Shown here: positions 1 to 14,565 of the stretch, piece after piece
How positions within the stretch are numbered: position 1 is the first letter of the stretch
How the letters are laid out: each line of letters starts with the position of its first letter
Notes under the pieces: generated by a model
Database searches by the model: none
What the model saw: only the letters and a program-made list of their open reading frames with translations
What the model was told of the DNA's origin: nothing
DNA from: Parvularia atlantis
Taxonomy: Eukaryota
Length of the DNA stretch: 64,000 nucleotides
Assembly: GCA_943704415.1 (NCBI GenBank)
Contig: CALSCO010000133.1
Coordinates: 1 to 64,000, forward strand
Reading direction: 5' to 3'
Made by a program: the position numbers and the translations under genes

Positions 1-939
<939 letters not shown>

Positions 940-1042
940 GCGCGCCCTGCTCCTGCGGTCCCAACCTCACTTCCCCCATGTGTGCGCTGTGGCCCGACGT
1001 CGCGCGGAGAACGTGAGATATGCACTCGTCGGCTCTGGCGGC

Positions 1043-4000
1043 TTAAAAGAACAAAGCAAACATGGGATCGTGGCGGAAGGGGCTGGCGGCAATCACGTCG
1101 TAGACGTACATCAGCAGGCCCGGGAAGCGCGACGTGAAGTAGTGCAGGAAGCCGTCCGGCAGCGAGCCGAGCACGCTCTGCACGTCCGGCGGCAGGTCGT
1201 TGTAGTGGTGTTTCTGTCGCCGCGCCGACAAATTAGGCACGCGCACGCTGCCGCGTGTGGCGCACCTTGTTGCGCAGCGCACGCAGCAGGTCCCGCAGCG
1301 AGCCCTCCTGGTACTTGCGATACTTGCCCAGGTTGCTGAGGAAGAGCGTGTCGACGGTGCCGTGCCACGACTTGCCGACGATCGCGGCTGCCCCGGCCTC
1401 GAGCGACCGCACCAGCGCCGAGTCGCGCTCCTACACCCCCCACCCGCGCGTGTCAGGCGAGCAGAGTGGGCGTGCACGCGCCGCACCTCAATCTCGAACC
1501 GGTCTGACGCCTCCTGCAGGAACGACAGCCGCTTCTGCGCGTCCCAGAAGAACGGGTGCTTAAGCGCGTCGTCCATGGCGATGCTGCGCGGCAGCTGTGT
1601 TGGCGGGTAGGCCACAGTGGTGTATGGTAGCAAGCCGCACCGATCCGCCGGCTGGTGCGCGATCATGCGCTGCACCAGGTCGAGCGCCTCCGGGTCGTGC
1701 GCGAGCGCGGCAAGGTCGCGCTTGTTGTGCTTGATGTTGTACTGTCGCCGCGAGGCGTTGAGCGGAGCGTGCGCGCAACCGCGAAAGGCACGCCCGTCGC
1801 ACCGCCCAGTCTAGTCGATCCTCGCCAAACGGGTGCCGGCCGCCCGTGAGGACAAAAAAGATAACGCATCCCGCCGAGAACACGTCGACCGACTTGGTCT
1901 TGCGCAGGCGTGTCTGGGAGTGCTCGAGCGATCAGCCGACGCCGTGGCCGCGCTCCCCGCCGCACCGCATCGCTCACGCCCGACGACGACCCGCTGCTCC
2001 CGCCGCTGTCCTGGCTCGCGCTCGCCCCCGGCTCCAGCAGCTCCCGCAGCAGCGTCTCGGGCGCGCTCCAGCCCATTGTGCCGTGGTTTGCTGGCGCCAG
2101 AGTGAGCCCGACGCTGCCGCCGTTTCGCAGCAGCCGCACCGGTCGTGCGGAACGAGCTCTGGTCGTCCAGCAGCTTCTTGCTCAGGCCAAAGTCCGAGAT
2201 GAGCGCGCGGCCCGTAGCCGACACGAGCACGTTCTGCGGCTTGACGTCGCGATGGATCTGCGCGGCGCTTCGCGTGAGTACACAGCCGCACACGCGCGCG
2301 TGACACTTGCGCACAATGTTGAGCCGGTGCATGTGCGCGAGCCCGCTGAGCATGTCGGAGATGAGCGTCGTGAGCGACACAAACGCGACCTTGCCTGCCC
2401 AGCGCGCGCGGTCAGCATCGGCAGCAGCCGGCGGGCGGCGCACACGCACCCTTGTTCTCTATCCTCAGCGCACCATCGTCCATCCGCAGCTTCCGTTGCC
2501 CGTCGTCCATCGACACGGCCTCGGCCGGGCGAGTGATGAAGTCGTACAGCGAGCCGGCGCACAGCTCGAGCGCGATGTACCAGAAGCGGTCGTCGCGCCC
2601 CTGGCGCCAAGCGTCAGGTCGCTGGCGCGCACCGCAGCCGCCGTGCGCCGCACCCCCCAGTGGTAGCGTATGATGTTGGAGTGGTGGTCCGACTCTTGCA
2701 GCATCTTCACCTCGCGCTCCGCCAGCTCGACCGACTCGAGCACGAGACGCTTGACCGCCACGGGCCGCCCGGCAAACTTGCCGCGGCAGACCATCGTGCC
2801 GTAGCTTCCGCGCCCAAGCACGTCGTCCTGGAACACCTCGAGCGACGCGCCGATGGCACCCGGGGCGCCGAACGACGACGACGACAGCGCCGCGACCGAG
2901 AGCGTCGCCGAGGTCGAGTGCAATGTCAGCGTTGTTGTCGCAGGGGCCACGGCCTCGCGCTCGACCTCGTCGGCGCCGCCCTCACCCTCGCCGTCGTCTG
3001 CCGGCGCCAGCGACGACGCCGACGCTGACGCTTTCTTTTGCGTGCGCTTCCTCCGTTTGCCGGCCGCGCCCGCTTTGGCGGCCGCATCGGATGCCGCACC
3101 GCTGCCCCGTGCGCGCCACACCACGGCCACGACAGCGGCCGCAGCGACCACCGTCGTCGTCGACGCGACCACGACGACCGTCCAGTCGCCCGCCGTGCCC
3201 TGCTCTAGCGCGTCCTTGCCGCTGGCGTTGCCGGGGAACGGCTGCGCTGGCGTCATGTCGCTGCCGAGGTTGGCGCGGGGCGGCAGCCGCTGCAGCGCCC
3301 CGGGCAGCTCTATGAGCGGCGACGCCTGCAAGCTGAACACGGCGCCCTTGCGGGTCCAGTCGGGCGGCGGCGCGACGGCGGCGCGGTCAACGGGCACCAT
3401 CGCGCCCTGGTCGTCGGCCGAGGCAAAGTTGAACTGCTCGTAGATGACCATGGCCGTGTCCACGCCCATGCTCGCCTGCGGCAGGGCCACGAGCGAGTCG
3501 GCCACGTCGACGATGTACACGGACGACTGCTCCGATAGCGGCTGGACCGAGTCTGCCGCGCGCGTGCGTCAGTGCGTTATTCGGCGGCGACGGCCGCGGC
3601 GCACCCCGCGGCATCACGTGCTTGTACTGCACCCCGTCGCGCCAGTGTAGCACGCAGGCGATCTGCCGCCCGGGCGCGTCCTCGACCTCGCGCAGCATCT
3701 GCCACGTGTCGCTGTCCAGCTCGAGCTCGCCGGGCGTGCCACCGATCTCGCCGCGAGTGACGTTCCACCTGCGCACGCCGCACCGCTCAGCCGACGCAGC
3801 GCGCGCACACACGGCCGCGCGCGCCGCGACGCACAGCGGGTTGCCGTCCGGTTGGAACATGGACACGGCGTAGTCGGTCCTGCGCACGTACAACTGGCGT
3901 CGGCGGCGGGTCAGCAGGCGCAGCGTACGCGCGTCAGCCAGCACGCGCACCACTTCCGAGGCGCTCGCTCTGACGTCGTCGGGCACGAGGTCGCCCGAGG

Positions 4001-4774
4001 CCAGGTACAGGCGCATCGTGCGCGACTCGGCCCGGCCGTCGATGCCGCTCTCAGCTGGCAGGTTTGGCGCGTTGTTGACGAGGTCCATGATCGTGGTCGC
4101 GAGCCGCTGTTGCCAAGCCGGTCAGGCGGCCAGTCGCACGCAGCGCACACTGATCTGTGCACCTGCACGGGCTGCCCCTCGGCCACCGTGAACAGGCTCC
4201 CGTCGAGCGGGTTGGCCACGAGGATCGACGTCGCAAGTGTCGCGCCGATGGTCTGTGCACGTGCACACGGCGCGTGAGCGTGCATCGGCGCGTGCCCAGA
4301 GCACGTACGTCCATCTGCTCGTCACGCCGCGGCACCTTGGCCGTGCTGCGCGCGCGCGCGCGCGCGGTCAGAACCATCAGTGCAGGCGAGCTGCGCACAC
4401 GCGACACACGTGGCGAGCGGCGGCGCGTCGGCGTTGCACCAGAGCTTCTCGTGCCGCTGGCTGCGCGCGGTCCACACGTCACGTCGCACGTCATACGTCC
4501 ACGACGGGCACGGCACGCACCGGCTGAACGCGCACAGCTCGCCGTTGACGAGCACGGCCACGAGCGCGTCGTCCCTGGGCGAGCGCTGCGTCTCGGGCGG
4601 GGGCGGGAGCAGGCGCTGCTGCAGCACCGGCGCGTGCTGCGCGACGTAGTTGCGGGCCCCGACGGTGCGCTTCTTCGGCTGCGGCCACGCCGCGCCCGCG
4701 CCCCCCGCGGCCAGCAGCAGCGCGAGGACGACGACGACGACGACGAGCGCCCAGATGCGTCGATGACGTGCCAT
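1043..4774 (-). CDS. IRE1: IRE1 ER-stress sensor kinase/endoribonuclease, spliced
   Basis: Signal peptide [21 protein letters not shown], luminal region, TM ([21 protein letters not shown]), kinase ([37 protein letters not shown]), KEN RNase ([40 protein letters not shown]). Confidence 0.95.
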
Positions 4775-4834
4775 GGACTAAGCGCAATGTACATCCAGTC
4801 TCTGCAAGTCGAGAGCTACTGGGACGTAGACAGG

Positions 4835-6744
4835 ATGCGCGGGCTGCTCGTCGCATTGCTCGTGGCGCTCGCGCTGCTCGCGGGCGCGACGATGCACCTG
4901 CTGGAGCAGCGGCGGCTGCGCATCGACGCGGACGAGCGCGTGGAGGACGTGGTCTACGCGCTGCGCATCGTGGTGAGCGCGCGCCTTGCCCCGCGATGGG
5001 CAACGGGCAATGGGCTCACATCGCATCGCAGTCGGAGCGCACAGAGGGCGACGAGCGCGCGCTGGCGACGCTCGTGGACGAGAACGAGCGCGAGGCGGCG
5101 ATCGTGCGCGCGCTCGAGCGCACCGCGGCCGAGGCACGCGAGCGCCTCGTCGAGGCCAAGAACGCCCTCGCGCGACTGCGCAGCGAGGCTGACCAGGTCC
5201 GCAACGAGATGGACCAGCAGCGCGGCGAGGTACAGCGGCGCGTGGCCGAGGCGCTCGAGACCAAGACGGGCATCACGCGCCGGCTGCGCACGCTCAGCGA
5301 GCAGGTGCAGCAGCAGCAGCAGGAGACGTTCGCGCTGCTGCAGGAGATCGCGGGTCTGCGCGCCCAGCTGAGCCTGCCGCCGCAGACCGGTGCGCGGGCC
5401 CGCGACTGCGCCTCTTACCGCACACTGGCTCATGCTGTGCTTGCGACGCCACAGAGCGGCAGGCCAGGGGCCTCGTCAACGGCGTGATTGTGTACGTGAC
5501 GAACCGCAACCCCGAGAACATCGCCAAGCTGCGCGCGAGCCTGACGCTGCTCGAGCTCAACTTTCTCCGGTGCCACCCGTACCCAGTCGTGCTATTTGCC
5601 GAGCGCGACGTGGAGGATGACGTCGTCAAGTCGCTGCTGGAGTTGGTGCCGAGCGCGACGTCGGCGACCGTCGAGCGGGTGCGTCCAGGTCGCACCCTGT
5701 GGGCGACTGACGCGGGGCCGCGCGCGCCAAGCTGTGCTTCGATGTGTGCACGCCCGCGGGGTACCCGAGCCACGCGGACGTGTGGAAGTGGCTCGACAAG
5801 GTGGGGTACGGCTGGCCGGGCTACGCCGCGATGTGCCGCTTCTACTCGGGCACGATGTACCTGCACCCGGCCCTGGCGCAGTACGACTACTACTGGCGCT
5901 TCGACACCGACTCGTACCTGACGTGTGCGTGGCCCCGCCCTGCGTTGGGTGGGCAGCGCGTTCCTGACAGCGCGCGCGTGCGCAGCCCGTGTTCCCGAGG
6001 ACCCGTTCGCGCGCATGGCGCGCGACGGATGCGCGTACGCCTACAACAACGTGCAGGACGACCCACCCGTGGTCGTTCAGGACTTGTATCCGACCGTGCT
6101 CGACTTCCTGCAGACGCACACCCAGGGCGTGCAGCCGCCGGTGGACACAAACATCAACCCGCCGCTCGAGTACCTCGCGCCGATTTTCCCCGACCCGACG
6201 CTGCCGTCGGTGACGGTCGAGGACGTGCTCCGGCACAACCCGCCCGAGCGGCTCGACGGCGCCGTGCTGTGGCAATCGAGCTTCCCGCTGGCCAACGTGA
6301 CGCGCATGAAGACGATGCAGGGCAGCGATGGCAACTCGTACCGGCGCATCATCTACTGGACCAACTTTGAGATCGCGGCCTTTGCGCCGTTCCGCAGCCA
6401 GGCGTGGCAGGTGCGTGCGTACGCGCGCGCTGTGCACGAGTGCGCTCACGACCGCCGCGTAGGCCGTCTTTCGCGCCATCGACGTCGCCCGCGGCTTTTA
6501 CCAGCACCGTTGGGGCGACGCGCCCGTGCACGCGCTCGCGGTGCCGCTGCTGCTCGCGCCCGAGCAGACGTGCTTCATGTCGAGCCAGCGCGTGCCGTAC
6601 TCGCACCGCGGCGAATATATCGACCACGCCGAGTCGTTGCTGCACGCCGACGAGGGGCTGCGGGCCGACGTGTGCAAGCCGCCGATCAGCGCGAGCCTGC
6701 CAGACTTGGGCGGGACGGCGTCGTACCAGCAGTTTGGCAAGTAG
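4835..6744 (+). CDS. Glycosyltransferase family 15 (KRE2/MNT1-like alpha-1,2-mannosyltransferase), type II membrane protein with coiled-coil stem
   Basis: N-terminal TM MRGLLVALLVALALLAG; motifs GYAAMCRFYSG, YDYYWRFD, YWTNFEIA, GFYQHRWGDAPVH; alternative in-frame ATG at 4787. Confidence 0.88.
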
Positions 6745-6785
6745 AAAGAGGGTGTGTTGTACGAGTATCACAGTTGTACAGCGGG

Positions 6786-9008
6786 TCATGCCAGCGCGTC
6801 TCGTGCGGCCGGCCCTTGGCCGTCGTTGTCGCTCCCGCTGTCGTCCGTGTCGGCCCCGTCCGAGCCGACGCCGGCCGCGCCGTCGGGCTGCGGCGAGACC
6901 TTGCTGCCGCTGATCCGTGCCGGTGCGGCAGCTACAGGTCCCGCGCGTGCGCTGCGGCTGAGCGGCGGGCTCACGTCGTGCGAAGGAGAGACCGTGGCCG
7001 AGAGCGGCTCGCCCTCGCCCTCGCCGCCCGCCTCGCCCTCACCGCTGTCGTCACTGCTGCCGCCCGCGACCGGGATGGCCGTATGCGCAGCCGCGGGCGG
7101 TGCCGGCACGTCGACCGGCGCGCTCGTGCTCGTGCTCGTCGGCAGGCTGGGCAGCTCGGTCGTCGGCTGCGAACGCGAGCACGCGTCAAGGCTGTGTGTC
7201 CTGTGCGCAGCCACGCGCACGTGGAGCGCACCACCACCAACCCGTCCGCATGGTCCAGTGCGTCCTGCGGGATCACGCGGTGGAAGCAGCCGTAGTCGAC
7301 TACCCACTGGTTGCGCTTGTTGCGTGCGAGGATGTTGGCGAAGCGCGCGTTCCAGATCTGGCCGAGCAAGCGATCAGCCCCGCCGTTGCACGCAGCGGCC
7401 GCGCGCACCATCTCGTCGGCCGTGTAGCTGCGGCGCTTCTCAAACAGGTTGCCCGTGCTCGAGTTGGTGCCGTAGATGAAGCAGATGACCTCAAAGTTGA
7501 GCGCTCGCATCTCGTCCTGCGTGCGCTTGTACAGCGGGCTCGCTGTGCGATGCAGCGGCTCAGCCGGGGCCACGACTCACAGTGGCGCGGACGCGCACCC
7601 TTGTTGATCGGGTGCACGATCGTCCACGGCATGGCCAGGATGATGTCGCGCGAGTGCGTGAGCCGCAGCGTCTCAAATTTGTACTCGTAAGTCCCGCGCC
7701 GGTTCTTGCTGATGAAGCCGAGCACGAGCTTGACGCGCGCCTGTACGCGTCAAAGTCAGCACGTTATCGCACCCCTTGCACCGCGCCGCAGCGTGCCTCA
7801 ATGATCTCGCTCTTGCGGATGTTGGCCACGCGGAACATGAGGTACTTGCGCCCGCTGATCTCCGTGATCACCGCCGTCTTGGTGAACCAGAGCGTCTGGT
7901 TGCGCAGCGACGGCCGGGCGAAGCGCGCGTAGAATAGACCTGCACCACGCGCGGCGTGCTCTATGTCAGCCGCGAATCGCAGCGCCTTATTGCGCGCACC
8001 AAAGAGGATGGCCGACATGACAAGCGCCGTCATGCACTGCAGCGACACGATCGTGATGGCCACGGGGCAGCCCAGCGTCGGCACGTAATTGTACTCGCCG
8101 TACCTGCGCGCGCTGGTGAGTGGCCGGGCGGGCCGAGCGCGGCTGCGTGGCACGCACCCGATCGTCATGTGGATCTGCAGGCCTGTGTGCACGCGCGGCG
8201 TCAGGGCTCGCCCACGGTGCGGTGGCGCGGCCACGCACTCAGCACGAACGCGTCGCTGAACGTCGGCACGCCGTTGGCACAGTACGACGTGAACCAGTAG
8301 TACAGGCACGCGAAGACGATGAACGCAATGAAGTACGACACAAGCAGCTGCACGCGAGCGGCGATCAGCGATCAGTGACCAATCGCCGCGGATGCCGCCG
8401 CACCAGGATGATCAGGCGGTACCACGGCGAGTCGACAAGCGTGTGGAACAGGTCGCGCATGTAGTACTGCATGCCACGGGCGCGCGCGCGCGTCAAACGC
8501 CTGACGAGCGCGCGGCGCCGGCCGTGCCTGCCACATGCTGCCGCGGTTCAGCTTGAGCACGCGGAATTCGCCCGACTTGGGGTCGATCAGGCTGGCGCGC
8601 AACGACGCTCAGCGCCCGCCCCCCGAGCACCGGCACCGCTGAGCGTGCCGCACCGCGTGGACGAGTACACCTCGACGTCGTCGTCCGGATCCGGGTCGTC
8701 CTCCGGCCCGAGCGAGAAGCCGCCGAGCGAATCGCGCGCAAAGATGGACTCGGGCCGCCCGCCGCCCCGCAGCGGCGTCGCCTGCGCGCGCACACCGGGC
8801 GTCCAGTCGCGCATCGCCATCGGCGCCACTGCACCTCGTCATCGCTCGCGTCCGTGCCCGCGTTGATGCTCACGCCGGCGCCGCCGCCGGGCATCAGTGA
8901 GCCCTGCGAGGCGTCGCCACCAAACGCGCGCTTGTAACGCCCAAAGACCGAGTACGGCCGCAGGTAGCGCCCGCGCGGGGCCGTGAACGAGGATGACGGT
9001 GTTGACAT
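6786..9008 (-). CDS. Inward-rectifier potassium channel (Kir family), spliced
   Basis: YMRDLFHTLVDSPW, pore MTIG|YG, M2 GCPVAITIVSLQC, ARFARP, LMFRVANIR, PWTIVHPI, FEVICFIYG, RRSYTADEI-like. Confidence 0.92.
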
Positions 9009-9056
9009 TCCCAGGCTATGTACAACAAGCTGCTGGCTGAAAAGTAAGGGCGATTA

Positions 9057-9428
9057 GTGCAACCAGCTTGCTTGCCGGTCCGCCGCGCGCTCGATGGGGC
9101 GGACACGTGCACGTACAAGTACCGGCTGCGGGTGCTGAACAAAGTCGCGGTGACGATAGCACTACCAGCGCGAGATGGCCGCGCCGCGTTGCCGCTGTGC
9201 CTCAGCTTCAAGTTCCAAGTCCGAGTTTATCGGCACTCTGGTAGGCAGTTTCAAAAGCTGGACGTGTATGCCTACTGGCTCTACGACTTGCCTGATCTGC
9301 TGTGCAAGATGAACGAGCAACGTCGCAGCCAGTCCTTGCAGCCGCTGAAAATAGAGTTCTTGACGGAGACGCCGGAACGTGACCCGCATTGGCCGCATTT
9401 GCGGCTGCCAGTGAGAGCCTGCCAGTGA
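9057..9428 (+). other. Uncharacterised 123-codon ORF (GTG start) in a less GC-rich 0.6-kb segment
   Basis: Open frame with ordinary amino-acid composition (KFQVRVYRHSGRQFQKLDVYAYWLYDLPDLL); no recognised homology; no clear ATG. Confidence 0.3.
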
Positions 9429-9640
9429 GGCTGGCGCATCCGAGTCGCCCGATCCTCAAGCGTGACTGCTCTGCCGTCACGGGTTCAACCTCCACGCCAG
9501 GCCAAAGAGCCCTTCCGATTGACCCAGTGACCGGCCCGTGTGCTGCTGCAATGGAATGTGATGTGCTACGTTTGCCACCGTGTGCACACGACAAAGCGGC
9601 GCGCGCGGCCAGATGAGAGCGACAGATCATGATGATGTGC

Positions 9641-11349
9641 TCACGCCGCAGGGGCGCGCAGTTTGTAGAACAGGAGGTAGGCCTGGGGCGACGTTTGAAC
9701 GGACGTGCCGCGCGGGCTGCACGCGACACACACCTGCGAGGCCATGACGTCGTCGGGCGAGATGGACTGCACCGTGCCGTCGTTGAACTCGAGCCACTTG
9801 GCTGCGGGGCGCGTCGCCGAGCGGTAAGCCGGGCGCAGCACGCGCGCAGGCAGAGTGCACGCACACGACGCCTCGTTGAGCACGCACGCGGTATAGTGCC
9901 CCGAGCCGGACCTGCGCGGCCGCACCGTCAGCGAGAGCAGCTGCGACCGCGCTAAGCAGCATACGGCGCACCCTGACCCGTGGTGCACGACCACGGCGTA
10001 CAGGTCGTACACGGGCGGGCGCACAATCTTGCTGGACCTGCAGCGACCCGTTAACACGAGCGAGTGCGCGCACTGCCAGTGGACCAGGCGACACACGTCG
10101 GGTCCAGGTACGGTGAGAGGTCGAGCCCCGTGAGAGGGAAGGTCACGTGGTCCTTCACCTTGGACCGCGCGTACGTGCCCCAGCGGAAGCGCTTGAACTG
10201 CAGGCACAGAGCCTGCGCGGTTGCGACGCGTGAGCGGGCCGAGGCGTTACGTGCAGCGTACCCGCGGATTTTGCCGGATGCTGAACTGCTTAGTGCACGG
10301 CTGCTTGACAAGGCACGTGTTGCACAGGTACTTTTCCGACTCCTCCAGCCGCTCGAGGCGGGCGAAAAAGTCAAGGCACTCTGTGCGCGGCGCCGTAAGC
10401 ACACGCACGTCGAGCGTGACGACGCGCCCACCGCGCAGCGACGACGTCTTGCCCCTGAGCTCGGGGATGTCCAGCGAGAGGTCTGGACGGGCTGGTTGTG
10501 AGCTGGCGAGCGCGAGTAAGAGCCGACGCACCGAGAAACGGGTCCTCCTTGTACGACATGCCGCCGCAGTTGAGGCACTGCACGCGGTTCCAGAGCGTGC
10601 CGCCAAACACGTCCGTGACGACGCTCTGCCGGCTGTTGATGTCGCGTAGGGACATCTTGCGTGGCCGGCCGGCCGGCCCACGCCGCCCGCTGCTGCCGTT
10701 GCTGCCGCGCCCGCTGTCGTCGTCCTCGCCGCTGTGCAGGCCGTCGGCGTCGGTGCCGGCGCGCGCGTCCTTGTCGGTGTCCACGTCGTGCTCGACGTCG
10801 ATGTCGTCGGCGTGCGGCTGGTTCTCGTCTGCGCCGCGCGATGAGCACTCACGCGCAGCACAGTACAGCGCGCAGCGACAACGCACCAGGCTCGGTCGAG
10901 GCCGCGATCGACACCAGCTGCGCGTGCACCGCCGCAAGGATGTAGCGCAGAAACTCTTGCGCGTCCTGCGCGTGCCGGCGTCAGTCTTCACCGTGCGCCC
11001 AACGCCAAGGTCGCACCTGCTGATGGTAGCCGCGAAAGCTCGGGACGACGCGCCAGACGCACGCGAGGAACGACGAGGGCGAGACGGCCTGTGCCTCGTG
11101 CAGCCACATCTCATGCACGAGCTGGTAGAACTCGTCGGCGACACAGCTGCGCGTGTGCGGTCGTCGCGTGAGCGGCATGCAGGTCAGCAGCGGTGTACGG
11201 CGCCGGCGCACTTTTCGTAGACCTCGGACGGCGCGGTGCGTGTCCGCACGCCCGCGCTCACGCCCGCGCCGCCGTTGCGCAGATACCCCGACGTGGGCCG
11301 GTACTTTTGCAGGAAGAACTCACGCAGGAAGGTCGTGTTGCTGCGCCGC

Positions 11350-11432
<83 letters not shown>

Positions 11433-12496
11433 ACGTACAGAGACGCGGGCAGAGTGAGACGCACCCGAGCGCCTGCAGCACGGCGTTCATGAAGCAGGTG
11501 TTGCCGAGGTTGCGGAGCCCGACGGCGCCCTGGATGCCCTTGAGGACCGACTTTTTGCGCCCGGGCGTCTTCTTGGCCGGCGGGCCCTGCTGCGCGGCGT
11601 CATCCTCACGCGCGCGCTTGCCAACCTGCGTCGCCTGCGACGTCGCCGACCTGTTTTCCTCTCGCTCAGGCAGCAGGCGGCAGGCGCGCGCGCTGACGGC
11701 AGGCTCGCCGCACCGCAGCGGCTCGGCCAGGCCCAGCTGGCGCCGCATGACCCTGCCGATCACGGCCGACATGCGCGTGAGTGTGGGCGTGAGGTGCTGC
11801 GGCGGGACCATGTCGTCGCATCGGTAGCTGTTTGCGAATGGCAATCGCGACGGCGTGTGAGACACGTGCAGTGGCGCAGCAGAAGGGGGCCCGAGCGCAC
11901 CAGAACACGTCGCCTGCGTCCGTCAGGCTCACGCATAGCGCGTGCGCTTTACGCTGGAAGTGCTCAAGCGCGTGCTGGTGAACGTACCTGTGTACGCGAG
12001 CACGTGGCGCGTCAGGCGCACGCAGAGCACGCGGCCGCGCACGCACCGGCCGCAGTGCGCAACGCCGCACGAGCCGCACAGCCAGAGCGACTCTGCCGCA
12101 CCGCAGTCTGCGCGGCCGCCCCGGATCAGCACTGCCACGCGTGCAGCACGCGCACGCACCGGCGCACGTCGTCGGGAGCACCGCGTCACGCTCGCGCGCC
12201 TCCAGCTCGGCGAACCAGCGCACGTTCTTGACCTGCCCGCGGTGGCGGCACGGCTCGGGCGCGTCGGCGGCGTGCGTGGCGTCAACGGCCGCGTCGCCGT
12301 TGGCCCCCGCGCTGTCACCGTCCACCGCCGCCTTGGCGTGCGCGCGCCCGCGCCCCGCGGCCGGCACCGCTGCGGCCACCGCACCGCCACTGCGTGTGCT
12401 GCTCGCGCTGCCCGCGCCCGCCGTCGCCCGCCCACGGCCCGCGGCCGCGCGAGGTGGCGGCGCCGAGGGCCCCGCGCGGGTGCGGCGCAAGGGCAT
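9641..12496 (-). CDS. Ubiquitin-specific protease with zf-UBP domain (USP3/USP44-like), spliced
   Basis: zf-UBP (LWLCGSCGVAHCGRYVHQHALEHF), Cys box GLRNLGNTCFMNAVLQAL, QQDAQEFL, LCLQFKRF, His box YDLYAVVVHHGS...GHYTA, WLEFND, AYLLFY. Confidence 0.93.
11347..11430. repeat. (CG)n followed by a long (GT)n microsatellite inside a USP intron
   Basis: Seen directly; uninterrupted alternating purine-pyrimidine tract. Confidence 0.95.
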
Positions 12497-12557
12497 CGAG
12501 ATTCGACGCAGGTGGAACGCGGACTCGTGATGGCGCAGTCTGCTCCACTCTGCTGCT

Positions 12558-14552
12558 TCAGGTCACCCACAGCTTCAGCACCTTGTCCTTGCCACCGCTG
12601 GCCACGCGCTCGCCGTCTGGGCTCCAGTCGACCGTGTACACCTGCCCCAGCGCACCGTGAGCCCGAGACCGCAACCAAGGCACCGGCGCGACCGCACCTC
12701 GTCCGCGTGGCCGGGCAGGTCAAACTTGACCTTCTTCGTGCGCACGTCCCACACCTTCATCGTCGAGTCCTTGCTGCCCGAGACGAGCATGCGCGAGTCG
12801 GCCGACCACGCCACCTGGTACACGGCGCCGACGTGTGCGCGCAGCGACGTGATGAACCTGGTCGCGTGTCAGCATGCACGCACGCACGCACAACGTACGC
12901 GCACGAGGCACGCACTTGCCCGTCCGCCCGTCCCACAGCTTGACCGATTTGTCGAACGATGCGCTGGCCAGGTATCGGCCGTCGGGCGAGAACACGACCT
13001 GGTTGACGACCTGCTGGTGGCCCGTCAGCCGCGCGATCGGCTTCTTGCTCACGGCCGGTGTCCACATGAACAGCGTAAAGTCGTCCGAGCCGCTCACGAG
13101 CACCTCCGAATCGCTGCTGCCGCGCACGGCCTGGTAGCGCTCGAGCGCCTTGGCCTTGGCTGCACGGCGCGATCGATGAGCATGGTGTGACGCCGACCGA
13201 GCACACGAGCACACGAGCACACGCACCGGCTGCGGCGTTGTCCGGCGCCGTGCCCGTGTGGTCAAATGCGCCCGTACGCAGGACGTAGTCCGTGTTGAGC
13301 GCGAGCGTGTTGACCCAGTGCGCGTGCCCCGTCAATGACCGGCACAGCTTGCCCTGCACGACCCCACGCCGTCAGCGTCCCAGCCCTCGCCCGCAGCGCC
13401 CGCGTGCACGCACGTCTGCCGCGTCGTACACGTGGATCGCGCGGTCGCGCGACGCCGTGTAGATCAGGCCGTCGCCGCCCCAGCGCACGCACGAGACCGC
13501 GTCGCTGTGGCCCGACAGCGAGAACAGCAGCCGCCGCGTGAGCACGTCCCACACCTTGACCGTGCCGTCTTTGGACGACGACGCCAGGCGCGAGCACTCG
13601 CCGTTGCTAAACGAGTGTGTGCGCGGTCAGCACAGGCGCTCACGCACGCCGCATGCGCCACCACACGCGCACCGGTGCAGCGGCTCCCAGCTCAGGCTCG
13701 TGATCACGCCGCGGTGCCCGGTCAATGGCGTGCCGACGGCTTGCCCCGTTGCCGGGTCCCACAGCTGCACCTGCGTCGCGCACCGGCACGTCGGCATGGC
13801 CCCCCGCGCGCCATCGCGCGCACCTTGTTGTCGGCGCCGCCGGACGCGATCCGCTTGCCGTCGGGCGACCAGGCGATGCACAGCACCCAGTGGCTGTGCG
13901 CGCGGCACGTGAACTCGGGCGTCTGCGTGAGGATGTCCCATATCCTCACGGTCGTGTCGCCTTGCGTTTGCAGCGGGTGCGCGCCTGCGTGAGACGGGCA
14001 CGCGCGAACGCACAGAGCGCACCTGACCCGCTCGCGAGCCGCTGCCCGTCGGGGCTGAACGCGACCGAGAGCACAGCCTCGGCGTGGCCGGTCATCGACG
14101 CCGAGCAGCGCGTGACCGAGCGCACGCGGAACACGGCCTGCGGTTGGTACACCACCGTGAGCACGTTCTCGGTCGAGAGCTTCTGCGCCGCGACGGTGTC
14201 CCTGAGCGTCTGCACGACCTCGTCGTCGCCGACGAAGAACGAGTACGGCAGCTCCTCCTCCTGCGCACGGCGCACGCAGCGTGAGCGTCCTCGTGCGCCG
14301 TCGCGCGAGCCCGCCCAAGCCGCGCACATTGCTCAGCAGCCGGTTGATGAGCGTCTCGAGCTGCTGCGGCGAGACGTCGAGCGGCACCCTGGCGGCGACC
14401 GCCGCACGTCAGGCCCGCGGCAGCAGCGGCAGCAGCAGCAGCACGCACGTCAGCGGCGGCCCGGCCGACACGCCCTCGCCCGTCTGCAGCTGCACGATCA
14501 CGGCCGCCGCCGTGGCCGTCGCGGCCGTCGCGGCGTCATCTTCATCCGCCAT
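12558..14552 (-). CDS. NLE1: Notchless/Rsa4 WD40 pre-60S ribosome assembly factor
   Basis: NLE domain (QQLETLINRLL, PYSFFV, YQPQAVFRVRSVTRC), GHAEAVLSVAFSPDG, GHAHWVNTLALNTDYVLRTGAFD, DLPGHADEVYTVDWSPDG. Confidence 0.96.
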
Positions 14553-14553
14553 C

Positions 14554-14565
14554 GGCCACGTGGCC
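14554..14565. promoter_or_regulatory. Palindromic E-box GGCCACGTGGCC immediately upstream of the NLE1 ATG
   Basis: 12-bp perfect palindrome; same core found upstream of TEX10 and KAT14. Confidence 0.55.

Noticed and set aside
1043..4774. A linked HAC1/XBP1-like IRE1 substrate
   Set aside because: No bZIP gene recognised in the window
9545..9640. Possible C/D-box snoRNA (TGATG/ATGATGA strings)
   Set aside because: No matching D box with a terminal stem could be identified
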